Positions 38,704-48,636 of a stretch of DNA of 64,000 nucleotides are shown one piece after another. Below the pieces are notes generated by a model, which was given only the letters and a program-made list of their open reading frames with translations, made no database searches and was not told where the DNA came from. The first letter of the stretch is position 1. Every line of letters starts with the position of its first letter. The DNA is from a bacterium (GTDB taxonomy: Bacteria > Patescibacteriota > Saccharimonadia > UBA4664 > JBBRNT01): contig JAYUFZ010000008.1 in NCBI GenBank assembly GCA_043767845.1, forward strand, positions 4,242-68,241, written 5' to 3'. The translations under genes and the position numbers were made by a program.

Positions 38704-40034
38704 ACCCTACCTCAACCCGCCTGCCTGTCGTTGCCATCGTCGGCCGCGCCAATGTTGGCAAATCAAGCTTATTTAACCGACTTATAGGCCGTCGCCAGGC
38801 CATAACCGACGATAACGCCGGTACCACCCGCGACGCCGTCGGGGCCACCGTCAACTGGAACCGCCACGACTTCCGCTTGCTCGATACCGCTGGGCTGGAA
38901 CAGCCAGGCTCGGAGCTCGAGGAGCAGGTCCAGGAACAAGTTAGCGCCGCCGCCGAGATGGCCGATGTTATCCTGGTAGCCGTTGATGCTGCCACCATTA
39001 TTACCGACCAGGATAGGGAGGCCGCCAAGCGTGCCCTACGCACCAAGAAGCCAGTTATTTTGGTACTCAATAAGGTTGATACTCTGGGTCGCGACTTACC
39101 GGAAGGCTTCGAACGCCTCGGTATCAAAGAAATGATTGGCGTCTCCTCGGCCCATGGTATCGGCACCGGCGACCTGCTCGACGCCATTGTACGCTATCTG
39201 CCCGAGATTCACGCCGATGACCTCGAGCAACCGATCCGATTCGCGCTTATTGGACGCCCAAATGTCGGTAAGTCCAGCTTGCTCAATAGTCTCGCCGGCA
39301 AACAGCAAGCAGTCGTCTCACCAGTCGCCGGAACCACCCGCGACGTTCGCGAGATAGCCATGCGTGCCCACAATAAAGATATAGTTTTAGTTGATACAGC
39401 CGGACTGCGCCGCCGCGGCAAGATTGAAGCCGGGGTCGAAAAGTACAGCGCCTCTAGGACCGCCGCCGCTATCGAATCCAGCGACGTTTGCGCGCTCATC
39501 ATCGATGCCACCGAACCTTCGGTATCTGGCGACCAGCACCTTGGCGGTATGATCCGCGAAGCTGGCAAAGGCATGATTATTGTTATAAACAAATGGGACT
39601 TGGTCGAGAAGGATGATAAAACCCAGTCTGATTTTCTCAAAAAACTGACCGTCGACTTCGCCTTTGCCCCGTGGGCACCGGTGGTCTTTACTTCAGCTGT
39701 AACCGGCCTACACGTCACAGAGCTTCTTAAGCTGGTCACCGAGATCGCTGTCCGCCGCCAGACCCGCATTCCCACCCACGCCTTCAACACTTGGCTGGAG
39801 CGCGTCACGGCCGAGCACCCGCCGTCAGGCAAGGGCAACCGCCACCCAAAGATGAAGTACGGCCTGCAAATCGACTCCAATCCACCGCGCTACGCGCTCT
39901 TTACTACACATTCCGACATCATCCACTTCTCCTACCGCCGCTACCTAGAGAATAGCCTACGCAAAGACTTTGATTTCATTGGCACGCCAATCGAGATCGA
40001 GTATCGAGCCAAGAAAGAGAATGAGAAAGAATGA
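38694..40034 (+). CDS. der: Ribosome biogenesis GTPase Der
   Basis: Two GTPase domains (GRANVGKS and GRPNVGKS, GTTRD, DTAG, NKxD) plus KH-like C-terminus. Confidence 0.97.
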   Translation: MAINPTSTRLPVVAIVGRANVGKSSLFNRLIGRRQAITDDNAGTTRDAVGATVNWNRHDFRLLDTAGLEQPGSELEEQVQEQVSAAAEMADVILVAVDAATIITDQDREAAKRALRTKKPVILVLNKVDTLGRDLPEGFERLGIKEMIGVSSAHGIGTGDLLDAIVRYLPEIHADDLEQPIRFALIGRPNVGKSSLLNSLAGKQQAVVSPVAGTTRDVREIAMRAHNKDIVLVDTAGLRRRGKIEAGVEKYSASRTAAAIESSDVCALIIDATEPSVSGDQHLGGMIREAGKGMIIVINKWDLVEKDDKTQSDFLKKLTVDFAFAPWAPVVFTSAVTGLHVTELLKLVTEIAVRRQTRIPTHAFNTWLERVTAEHPPSGKGNRHPKMKYGLQIDSNPPRYALFTTHSDIIHFSYRRYLENSLRKDFDFIGTPIEIEYRAKKENEKE

Positions 40035-40603
40035 AGCTCATAATCGGCCTCGGCAATCCCGGCAGCGAGTATGACCTGACCCGTCACAATTTCGGCTACG
40101 CTGTCCTTGATAGCCTTGCCAGCTCACTTGAAGCGCCGGCTTTTAAACCGAATAAGAAGTTTACTGCCGATATCTGCGAAGTATCACACCGCGGCGACAA
40201 ATTGATTTTGGCTAAACCAACAACTTACATGAATCTCAGCGGTACATCCGTTGGTGGCCTTGTGCAATTCTACAAAATTGCCGCACGAGATGTCTGGGTC
40301 ATCCACGACGAGCTCGACTTGCCATTTGGCGTGATGCGTGTCAAGCAAGGGGGGAGTGATGCCGGCCACAACGGCCTGAAGTCTATATCGAGCGCTATCA
40401 CGCCCGATTACTGGCGTTTCCGCCTTGGTATAGCTAATTCAACGCTACGCAGCCCTGTACCCGCGGTAGATTTTGTGCTGCAAAAATTCAACGGCCATGA
40501 GCAAGAAAAGCTCGAACTAGCCACCGCCAAAGCAACAGATCAAATCCTGCTCTGCCGCAAAACCCCAGCCAGTCTGCACGTACCCGAAATCAAACTTTTT
40601 TAA
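40031..40603 (+). CDS. pth: Peptidyl-tRNA hydrolase
   Basis: LIIGLGNPG, TRHN.G, KPTTYMNLSG, HDELD, GHNGLKS motifs. Confidence 0.97.
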   Translation: MKLIIGLGNPGSEYDLTRHNFGYAVLDSLASSLEAPAFKPNKKFTADICEVSHRGDKLILAKPTTYMNLSGTSVGGLVQFYKIAARDVWVIHDELDLPFGVMRVKQGGSDAGHNGLKSISSAITPDYWRFRLGIANSTLRSPVPAVDFVLQKFNGHEQEKLELATAKATDQILLCRKTPASLHVPEIKLF

Positions 40604-40636
40604 CCTAAGGCTCGGTCCGCATCAGACCCAGCTATC

Positions 40637-40733
40637 GTCACCCTGAACTTGCCTGCCACGCATCGTTGCAGTGCGTAGGATTCTGGATAAGACTTAGTTC
40701 TCATAGACATATCCCGGATCAAGTCCGGGATGA
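40637..40733. repeat. REP/REPIN-like palindromic doublet with a nested 28-bp insertion
   Basis: GTCACCCTGAACTTG[insert]ATTCTGGAT and inverted ATCCCGGATCAAGTCCGGGATGA. Confidence 0.65.
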
Positions 40734-40749
40734 ATACTAAAACGTTTAG

Positions 40750-40796
40750 AAAGAGAAGGTTACCTTCTCACGCAGAAGAAAGGTAACCTTCTCTTT
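40750..40796. repeat. 17-bp perfect inverted repeat with self-palindromic arms
   Basis: AAAGAGAAGGTTACCTT..AAGGTAACCTTCTCTTT. Confidence 0.85.
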
Positions 40797-40830
40797 ACTT
40801 TCGGTATTTGTTTGGTATAATGAATTTGTA

Positions 40831-41058
40831 GAAAATAAAAACCCCCTCGTGATAGGTGGATATCAGTTGGAGGTTTTTATTACACCCTTCAATACACGCA
40901 CGAGGGCGTTTGCCCGGTCACGCAATATATAAATGGTGCCGTTGATTGAAGGGATTAATCCGCCTGTGATTTTGATCTAAAGGAGGGTGCATTTAGACGA
41001 GTCGCAGGCAGGTTAATTTGAGTTTTTGTAATTGTTTAAAGAACGGTTTTTGTGTATG
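40831..41058 (-). ncRNA. Candidate structured ncRNA of unknown family
   Basis: TTGACA-17-TAGTCT promoter (41093-41065), boxA-like GTTCTTTAAACAATT, two long hairpins, terminal hairpin plus T run; no convincing ORF. Confidence 0.55.
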
Positions 41059-41101
41059 CTCACTAGACTAACACACTTTGTTATTAATGTCAACAATAAT
41101 T

Positions 41102-41953
41102 ATGCAAATCTCTGAAATTAGTTATCAATCAAATGACTTCCCAGATAGGCTTCATGAAATTGCAAGCCCTCCAAAGCAGTTGTTTTGCATAGGAACATTG
41201 CACAATGACTCACCTCATGTGGCGATAGTAGGCAGCCGTAAGGTCACCGAGTATGGTCGCGAAACTACCTACCAGCTGTCTTTTGAACTAGCCAAAGCCG
41301 GTATTGTTATTGTAAGTGGGCTAGCACAGGGCGTAGACGGTATTGCCCATCAGGCCGCGATAGATGCCGGAGGATTAACTCTTGCCGTACAAGCTTGTGG
41401 CCTCGATCAAATTTATCCCACCAAACACCGACCACTAGCTAAACAAATATTAGCTAGTGGGGGAGCGATCATCACAGAATATCCTTTTGAAACGATCCCT
41501 TTCAAAAGCAATTTCCCGGCCCGTAACCGCATCATTGCTGGGCTTAGCTTAGCAGTCATCGTCACCGAAGCTGATGCCTCAAGCGGATCACTCATCACCG
41601 CCAACTTTGCGCTGGAGCAAAACCGCCTGGTACTGGCCGTACCAGGCAATATCACCAGCCCTCGCAGTGCTGGGCCAAACAACTTATTACGCTCGGGCGC
41701 TATCCCCGTCACCAATGCCAGCGATGTGCTCGAGGCGCTTGATCTGGAAGCTGGCCAGCCGATGGTCAAAGTCAGGGCTGAGAGCGCCGAAGAAGCTCTG
41801 ATCTTGAAGCTCCTGGCCGAAGGCCACCGCACCAGCCAGACCTTGATAGAGCACAGTCACCTCAGCGCCGGTCGTTTTGCCACCATCATCAGCCTCATGG
41901 AAATCACCGGCAAAGTCCGCAACCTCGGTGCCGGCCACTGGGCCCCACGGTAG
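41102..41953 (+). CDS. dprA: DNA processing protein DprA
   Basis: VAIVGSR, IVSGLAQGVDG, FPARNRIIAGLS, SGSLITA, AVPG.I motifs; winged-helix C-terminus. Confidence 0.96.
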   Translation: MQISEISYQSNDFPDRLHEIASPPKQLFCIGTLHNDSPHVAIVGSRKVTEYGRETTYQLSFELAKAGIVIVSGLAQGVDGIAHQAAIDAGGLTLAVQACGLDQIYPTKHRPLAKQILASGGAIITEYPFETIPFKSNFPARNRIIAGLSLAVIVTEADASSGSLITANFALEQNRLVLAVPGNITSPRSAGPNNLLRSGAIPVTNASDVLEALDLEAGQPMVKVRAESAEEALILKLLAEGHRTSQTLIEHSHLSAGRFATIISLMEITGKVRNLGAGHWAPR

Positions 41954-41985
41954 CTTTTGTAACAATTTGTACTATAATACGCCGT

Positions 41986-42600
41986 GTGACCGCACCTACG
42001 ATGACCAAATCCCTTCTCAACCATGATGGAACTCCGATGTCGCCTGAGCAGCATGATCGGGTGCTAGAATCCAATGCAAAATCGCTGTTATCGATCACAC
42101 ACAAGGCCGCAGGCCGAGGTGGTCAGAAGCGAGCTCGCGGCGGCGCCGAACGAACAACCCAAGACTATGAAGAGAAGAACGCCCATCAAGGAGAAGCCTG
42201 TCGTGATTTTAAAAGCTTGTTTGCGCCACTCGGCCAGACTCCTTACCCCTTCAGCAATGCCGATCGGCGGCTCAGAGCTGCGGCGTATGAGATCTACCGA
42301 AACGCCCGAGTTCCGCTATGGCTCAAAACATCAGTGTCTTCGGGTCTGGTACTCGCGACCGATAGCCGGCCTCTTCTAACTATCTTAGGGCGGCAAGCTT
42401 GCGTCACCGACCACTTCATGCCACGAGGTTACTTTGTTCGAATCCGTAGCGACGTGCTTTTTGACGCCATCGCTGGAGACACTCACAAAGCAAGCTTCTT
42501 TTTCAAGCAAGAGGCAACGTATCCTAGGCTCCAATTCATTCCTTGGTCAGACGACTTTGAGCCGCTGCTTGAGGCCTTGCAGCAGACCATTATTATCTAG
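41986..42600 (+). CDS. Orphan hypothetical protein (start uncertain)
   Basis: About 190-204 aa ORF between dprA and topA with an upstream TATAAT and downstream hairpins at 42614-42633 and 42661-42695. Confidence 0.55.
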   Translation: MTAPTMTKSLLNHDGTPMSPEQHDRVLESNAKSLLSITHKAAGRGGQKRARGGAERTTQDYEEKNAHQGEACRDFKSLFAPLGQTPYPFSNADRRLRAAAYEIYRNARVPLWLKTSVSSGLVLATDSRPLLTILGRQACVTDHFMPRGYFVRIRSDVLFDAIAGDTHKASFFFKQEATYPRLQFIPWSDDFEPLLEALQQTIII

Positions 42601-42758
42601 ATAGATCGGCGACCTTTGTGATTACTCACAAAGGAGTAGTGACAAGATATAACGCCCGCCAAAACCCCGCCCGCATAGCCCAATGCGGGTTTTTTGAACC
42701 CGTAGAACAACAAATTAGCTTGACTAAAAGTGCCTCGTCATAGACTGTATATATTTGT

Positions 42759-45074
42759 ATGGCAAAAAATCTCGTTATCGTTGAGTCGCCTGCCAAGGCC
42801 AAAACAATCGAAAAATTCCTCGGTAAGGACTATACGGTCGTTGCCAGTTTCGGCCATGTCCGCGACCTGCCCAAAAAAGGCATGAGCATTGATATAGAGC
42901 ACGGCTTCGCCCCACAGTACGAGGTCAGCCCGGATAAGAAAAAAGTGATTGCCGAGCTCAAACGCCTGGCCAAAGCCGCCGACAATGTCTGGCTCGCAAG
43001 CGATGAAGACCGAGAAGGGGAGGCCATTGCCTGGCACTTGTCCCAGGCCCTATCGCTCCCCAAGGACACCAAGCGCATCGTCTTCCACGAAATCACCATA
43101 GGAGCCATTACCGACGCCCTCAAAACCCCGCGGATTGTTGATCAAAACCTGGTCGATGCCCAGCAAGCCCGCCGTATCCTAGACCGCCTTGTGGGTTATG
43201 AACTCTCTCCAGTCCTTTGGAAGAAAGTCCGCACTGGCCTCTCGGCCGGCCGTGTCCAATCCGTCGCCGTCCGCCTCATAGTGGAACGCGAACGCGAGAT
43301 CGAAGGCTTTATGTCAACTGGGAAATTCAGAATCAAGGCCGAATTTAGCCTCGACGGGGGAGTAACGCTCGATGCCGAGCTACCCAAAAAGTTCGATACA
43401 ATCGAGCTGGCCGAAGCCTTTTTAAAGAAATGCCTAGGCGCCGATTTTACTATCACTTCGGTCGAGACGAAGCCCGCGAAAAAGTCGCCTACCGCCCCAT
43501 TTACCACCTCAACCCTTCAGCAAGAAGCTAGCCGCAAGCTTGGTTTTTCGGTGAAACAAACCATGGTGCTTGCACAAAAGCTTTATGAGACCGGTGCTAT
43601 TACCTACATGCGTACCGACTCGGTACACCTCAGCGCAACAGCCATAGACGGCGCTATCAGCCACATCCAGAGCACCTATGGCAAAGAATACGTCCAAACC
43701 CGCCAGTTCAAGACCAAGTCGGCTGGCGCCCAAGAGGCCCATGAGGCTATCCGCCCAACGAATTTTAATCACCAGTCAGCTGGCGCCGACAGCGGCCAAA
43801 AACGGCTCTACGAGCTCATTTACAAGCGCACGATTGCCTCACAAATGGCCGAAGCCAAACTTGATAAGACAAAAGTTGAAATCACCATCTCGACCACTCC
43901 CGAAAAACTCATTGCCGAAGGGGAAGTCATAGTCTTTGACGGTTTTTTGAAAGTCTATCTCGAAGGCACCGACCACGAAGACAGCGCGGCCGAGGCCAAG
44001 ATGTTGCCACCACTCAAGATGGGCGAGAAGTTGGACTTGACTCAGATGCAGGCTATCGAATCGTTTGATCGACCCAAGCCACGCTACACCGAGGCCAGCC
44101 TAGTGAAGGCCCTCGAAGAAATGGGCATTGGCCGGCCATCGACCTACGCCCCGACCATCTCCACAGTCCAAGACCGTGGCTACGTTGAAAAAGCCGATAT
44201 GGAAGGCGTGGAGCGAAATGTTCGCACCCTGACTTTAGCCAAAGGCCAGATCAAGCCTGCCGAAAGTACCGAGATCACCGGCGCCGAGCGTTCCAAACTC
44301 TTCCCAACCGATATCGGCAGCATTGTGACTGATTTTTTAGTCAAACACTTCCCTAGCATTGTTGACTTTCACTTTACAGCCAAAGTCGAAGGCCAGTTCG
44401 ATGAAATCGAAGACGGCAAACAAACCTGGACCAAGATGATTGGTGACTTCTACAATCCTTTTCACAAAACTGTCCAAGAAGCTGAAGGGATTAGCAGGGA
44501 AGAGGCCTCAGGTGCCAAAGACATCGGGATAGATCCTAAATCCGGTAAGCCTATTATTGCCCGTATGGGCCGCTTTGGCGCCATGCTACAGCTCGGTAGC
44601 GCCGAAGACGAGGAAAAGCCGAAGTTCGCGCCCCTGCCAGCTGGAAAGAAAATTGATACAGTCACCCTCGAAGAAGCCCTTGAGCAATTCAAGCTACCGC
44701 GTGTTCTCGGCCAAACCGCCGCCGGCGACGATATTAAAGCAAATATTGGCCGTTTTGGACCCTACGTCCAATACGCCGGCAAATACGTCTCTATCAAGCC
44801 CGATGATCCCTTCACTATCACCCTGGAACGAGCGCTGGAACTGATTGCGGCCAAAGAAAAGACCGATGCCGAAAAGACTATCCAGTACTTCGAGAAAGAG
44901 GGGATTAGCGTACTCAACGGTCGCTACGGCCCCTACATTACCAACGGCAAGAAGAATGCCAAGATCCCCAAAGATGTCGAGCCCAAGAAACTGACCCTTA
45001 AGCAGTGCAAGGAATTGCTCGAAGTAGCCCCCGCCGCCGGCAAACGCAAGCGCTTCGTCCGCAAGCGCAGCTAG
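42759..45074 (+). CDS. topA: DNA topoisomerase I
   Basis: LVIVESPAKAKTI, DEDREGEAI, SAGRVQS, ITYMRTDS, QEAHEAIRP, GRFGPY C-terminal repeats. Confidence 0.98.
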   Translation: MAKNLVIVESPAKAKTIEKFLGKDYTVVASFGHVRDLPKKGMSIDIEHGFAPQYEVSPDKKKVIAELKRLAKAADNVWLASDEDREGEAIAWHLSQALSLPKDTKRIVFHEITIGAITDALKTPRIVDQNLVDAQQARRILDRLVGYELSPVLWKKVRTGLSAGRVQSVAVRLIVEREREIEGFMSTGKFRIKAEFSLDGGVTLDAELPKKFDTIELAEAFLKKCLGADFTITSVETKPAKKSPTAPFTTSTLQQEASRKLGFSVKQTMVLAQKLYETGAITYMRTDSVHLSATAIDGAISHIQSTYGKEYVQTRQFKTKSAGAQEAHEAIRPTNFNHQSAGADSGQKRLYELIYKRTIASQMAEAKLDKTKVEITISTTPEKLIAEGEVIVFDGFLKVYLEGTDHEDSAAEAKMLPPLKMGEKLDLTQMQAIESFDRPKPRYTEASLVKALEEMGIGRPSTYAPTISTVQDRGYVEKADMEGVERNVRTLTLAKGQIKPAESTEITGAERSKLFPTDIGSIVTDFLVKHFPSIVDFHFTAKVEGQFDEIEDGKQTWTKMIGDFYNPFHKTVQEAEGISREEASGAKDIGIDPKSGKPIIARMGRFGAMLQLGSAEDEEKPKFAPLPAGKKIDTVTLEEALEQFKLPRVLGQTAAGDDIKANIGRFGPYVQYAGKYVSIKPDDPFTITLERALELIAAKEKTDAEKTIQYFEKEGISVLNGRYGPYITNGKKNAKIPKDVEPKKLTLKQCKELLEVAPAAGKRKRFVRKRS

Positions 45075-45203
45075 TCCTAACCACCTAGGCTAGCCCAAAT
45101 CTCTTGCCCGCTACTCCTGAAAATGGTATAAAACAGTCGAAGATACTGCTGGGTTGTGCTGTTTTGCGCTCTCTATTATTCAAAGTCCTAAGGGTGGACC
45201 CTC

Positions 45204-47528
45204 ATGTCCAAGAAAAAGCGTCGCCATCATAAGAAAAAATTCCAGCCCATCGCTTTTCACGAGAGCCTAGCTGTTTTCGCGCCCGAGCCAGCCAGCTTGA
45301 CGCTGCAAATGCCGTTCCTCGAGGAATCGCTAGCTATTGGCTATGACATCTTTAGCACCTGGGCTCGGCCAAGACTGGAAATCGCCAGCCTATACACTGT
45401 TGCCACCTGGCACGACACGCGCATGGTGATCCGGCCGTTTTTTGCTGCCTTCAAAGCCAAGCGCTTGATTATTGCCTTTGTATTACTGAGTGTCATCGGC
45501 GCTAGTGGTACTGGCGTCTTTGCCTATCGGATGGCCCAAGCCACCATCGCCAAGTACCAATCTCAGATAACTAGCCCAAATATTCTGCTGAACGTTAACC
45601 GCAAGGGTACAACCATCACCGACCGTGACGGCCAAATCCTGTACCAAGGTTATGGCGCGACTGAGCAGGTGCCTGTCAAAATTGATGACCTGCCACCAGC
45701 GCTCATCCAGGCCACGCTGGCCGCCGAAGATCCGAGCTTCTACGACCATGCCGGCTTCTCCTGGAAAGGAACAGCCCGGGCGATATTTGAAGACATCAAA
45801 GCCCATGGCAAAGTCCAGGGTGGTTCGACTATCACCCAGCAACTTATCAAGAACAGTCTATTAACCTCCCAAAAAAGCTACCAGCGCAAATTTGAAGAAA
45901 TAGTCATGTCGGTGGTCCTCGAGCAGCGCTATAGCAAACGCCAGATACTGGAAATGTACCTCAACAAAGTCTACTACGGGCAGGGGAGCTACGGAGTAGG
46001 TAGCGCCGCACAAACCTATTTCCATAAAAACGCCAAGGATTTGACGCTCGATGAGTCGGCCTTACTGGCTGGCCTACCGCTGGGGCCTAGCCGCTTCGAC
46101 CCCAGCCTCAGCCCCAGTGCCGCCAAAGCCCGCCGCGACTTCGTGCTAGAGGAAATGGTCGGCGACGGCTTCATCACGACTGCCCAATCGCACGCCGCTA
46201 CGGCAAAGACTGTGACGGGCTACGAGCGCGTAGTGGCTATCAAGTCCCCACACTTCGTGTTTTATGTCCTTTCCGAGCTGCGCCGGCTCTACGGCGACAA
46301 AGCTGTCGAGGAGGGAGGCATCCTCGTCAAAACTTCGCTCAGCTCCGCCGATCAAGCATTGGGGGAACGACTGGTAGCCGAGCAAGTCGCCCGGATTAGT
46401 GCCGCGCATCACGCCACCAACGGCGGCCTCATATCACTTGATCCCAAGACTGGGGATATTTTGGCTATGGTTGGTAGTATCGACTACAACTATCCAGGCT
46501 TCGGTTCAGTCAATGTCACCACCTCCAAGCTCCAGCCTGGCTCAAGCTTTAAACCCATCGGTTATGCCGCGGCCATGAAAAAAGGCTGGAACGGCGCGAC
46601 GCTCATCGATGACTCACCATTCCAGATAACCCAGCCAGACGGCACAATCTATCGCCCCGCCGACTACGATGGGCGTTTCCGTGGCAAGGTTTTATTGCGC
46701 CGGGCCCTCGGTAACTCACTGAACATCCCTGCCCTCCACGCCATTCAGTTTGCCGGCATTGAATCAGTCATATCAACGGCTAGCGACCTCGGTATTACCA
46801 CGCTTGGCGACAGCTCCAACTATGGCATTAGCCTCATCTTGGGTAGCGCCGAGGTCAAACCCCTCGATATGGCGGCGGTTTATGCCACATTTGCCACTGG
46901 CGGTCTCAGGGTGTCACCAAACGGCATTTTGCAGGTGCTCGACCGCAACGGCAAAGACATTACCAAGCCCAGAGCAGCAGCGGTCCAAGTCCTCGACCCA
47001 CGGATTGTCGGCATGCTCACCGATATCTTGAGCGACAATAATGCCCGCATCGAGGAGTTTGGCCCCAATTCACCGCTCAAGCTCTCAAGGCCAGTGGCCG
47101 CCAAAACCGGCACCACTAACGATTTCCGTGACAACTGGACAGTCGGCTACACCCCCAACCTGGTAACGGCCGTCTGGGTAGGCAATAACGACCACACGCC
47201 AATGATCAGTATTGATGGTATAACAGGCGCGGCGCCAATCTGGCATGATTATATGGAAGCTGTCCTCGCTTCAATGCCGCTTCTGGGTTTCGAGAAACCG
47301 GCCGGGCTCGTCCAGCTCCAGATCTGTGCTAGCGATGGCGGCCTGGCCAACCCCTGGGACCCAAAGACAGGGGAGTGGTTTATTACCGATAACCTACCCA
47401 CCAAGCAATGTAGTACCAAGGAACCGGCTAAGCCCGCCGATCCAGCGCCAATCGAACCCATTATTGTGCCTATCCAATCAGGAAAACCAGGTAAACAGTC
47501 AGGTTTCTGGCCCCCGGGCTTAAATTGA
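45204..47528 (+). CDS. Class A penicillin-binding protein (PBP1A family)
   Basis: EDPSFY.H, QGGSTITQQLIKN, YLNKVYYG (GT51); QPGSSFKP, SLN, KTGTT (transpeptidase). Confidence 0.95.
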   Translation: MSKKKRRHHKKKFQPIAFHESLAVFAPEPASLTLQMPFLEESLAIGYDIFSTWARPRLEIASLYTVATWHDTRMVIRPFFAAFKAKRLIIAFVLLSVIGASGTGVFAYRMAQATIAKYQSQITSPNILLNVNRKGTTITDRDGQILYQGYGATEQVPVKIDDLPPALIQATLAAEDPSFYDHAGFSWKGTARAIFEDIKAHGKVQGGSTITQQLIKNSLLTSQKSYQRKFEEIVMSVVLEQRYSKRQILEMYLNKVYYGQGSYGVGSAAQTYFHKNAKDLTLDESALLAGLPLGPSRFDPSLSPSAAKARRDFVLEEMVGDGFITTAQSHAATAKTVTGYERVVAIKSPHFVFYVLSELRRLYGDKAVEEGGILVKTSLSSADQALGERLVAEQVARISAAHHATNGGLISLDPKTGDILAMVGSIDYNYPGFGSVNVTTSKLQPGSSFKPIGYAAAMKKGWNGATLIDDSPFQITQPDGTIYRPADYDGRFRGKVLLRRALGNSLNIPALHAIQFAGIESVISTASDLGITTLGDSSNYGISLILGSAEVKPLDMAAVYATFATGGLRVSPNGILQVLDRNGKDITKPRAAAVQVLDPRIVGMLTDILSDNNARIEEFGPNSPLKLSRPVAAKTGTTNDFRDNWTVGYTPNLVTAVWVGNNDHTPMISIDGITGAAPIWHDYMEAVLASMPLLGFEKPAGLVQLQICASDGGLANPWDPKTGEWFITDNLPTKQCSTKEPAKPADPAPIEPIIVPIQSGKPGKQSGFWPPGLN

Positions 47529-47601
47529 AAAATACTGTTGACACAGCTTATGACTTATTTTATAATTCTATACAGTCAATAGAGGGGTAGAAGGTAATTA
47601 C

Positions 47602-48636
47602 GTGTCCCAATCAACTACAGCTACGACAACTAAAATAGATTACAAGCAAGCAGCTCAATCCGCCCTCAAGCTCCTACGCCGTGATCGCGACCGCCAAATC
47701 CTAGCCAAGCGCTTCGGGTTTGGTCTCATTAAACGCCAAACTCTTGAAAAGATCGGGCGTGATTTCGGTATCACCCGTGAGCGTGTCCGCCAGATTGAAA
47801 AAGCTGCGCTAGCCAAGCTCAAAACCGGTGCTGCCAGCGAAATCACTAGCACGTCAACGGCTATTAAGTCGGTCGTTGCCGACCACGGCGGCATTGCGCC
47901 ACTAGAAGTCATCGCCACAGCCCTTGGCGCCACCAACCCGGGTGAACAAGCCTACATCGTCTTTCTAGCCGAATTGTCACCAGAAGTTGAAGTTATTGAA
48001 GAAAACGACTACTTACGACCCGGCCTCGGACTTTTGCCCAGTATTACCGAAAAAGCCACCCGCCGCTGGTCAGCAGCCCTAGCCGACATCGTCACCGAGA
48101 TTGGTAAGCCCACCACCCTGGCCAAAATCGCCGCCAAAACCGACATCCCCCTCGAACCGAAAGCACTCTCGAACCTGGCCAAAATGAGCAAAGCACTAGC
48201 AGAGCTCGATGGCAAATGGGGACTCATGAGTTGGCCAGAGGTCAATCCCAAGAGCATCCGCGACAAAACCTACCTAGTGCTACACAAACATGGCCGCCCA
48301 TTGCATTTCTCTGACATCGCCACCCACATCCACAAAACTGGCCTGAATAAGCGCCAGGTCACTGTCCAAGCAGTCCACAACGAACTCATCAAAGATGGTC
48401 GCTTCGTGCTTATTGGCCGCGGCATCTACGCCCTGGCCGACTGGGGATACACTCCCGGCACCGTAGCCGATATTATTGCTGACATCTTGCGTGATGAAGC
48501 CCCACTGCACAAAGACGAAATCGTCCGCCGGGTGCTCATCAAACGCCAGGTCAAGACCACTACCATTATATTAAATCTACAGGAGAAACAGCAGTTCGTT
48601 AGGGTCGCCAAAGCCACTTATACACTGGCCGTCTAA
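47602..48636 (+). CDS. Sigma70 region-4 plus HARE-HTH (RNAP delta-like) protein
   Basis: TLEKIGRDFGITRERVRQIE (region 4); PLHFSDI..VHNELIKD.RFVLIGRGIYALADW. Confidence 0.8.
   Translation: MSQSTTATTTKIDYKQAAQSALKLLRRDRDRQILAKRFGFGLIKRQTLEKIGRDFGITRERVRQIEKAALAKLKTGAASEITSTSTAIKSVVADHGGIAPLEVIATALGATNPGEQAYIVFLAELSPEVEVIEENDYLRPGLGLLPSITEKATRRWSAALADIVTEIGKPTTLAKIAAKTDIPLEPKALSNLAKMSKALAELDGKWGLMSWPEVNPKSIRDKTYLVLHKHGRPLHFSDIATHIHKTGLNKRQVTVQAVHNELIKDGRFVLIGRGIYALADWGYTPGTVADIIADILRDEAPLHKDEIVRRVLIKRQVKTTTIILNLQEKQQFVRVAKATYTLAV

Noticed and set aside
40918-40992. 24-aa ORF (MHPPLDQ..) as a type I toxin within the candidate ncRNA
   Set aside because: No SD, not hydrophobic, and buried in stems.
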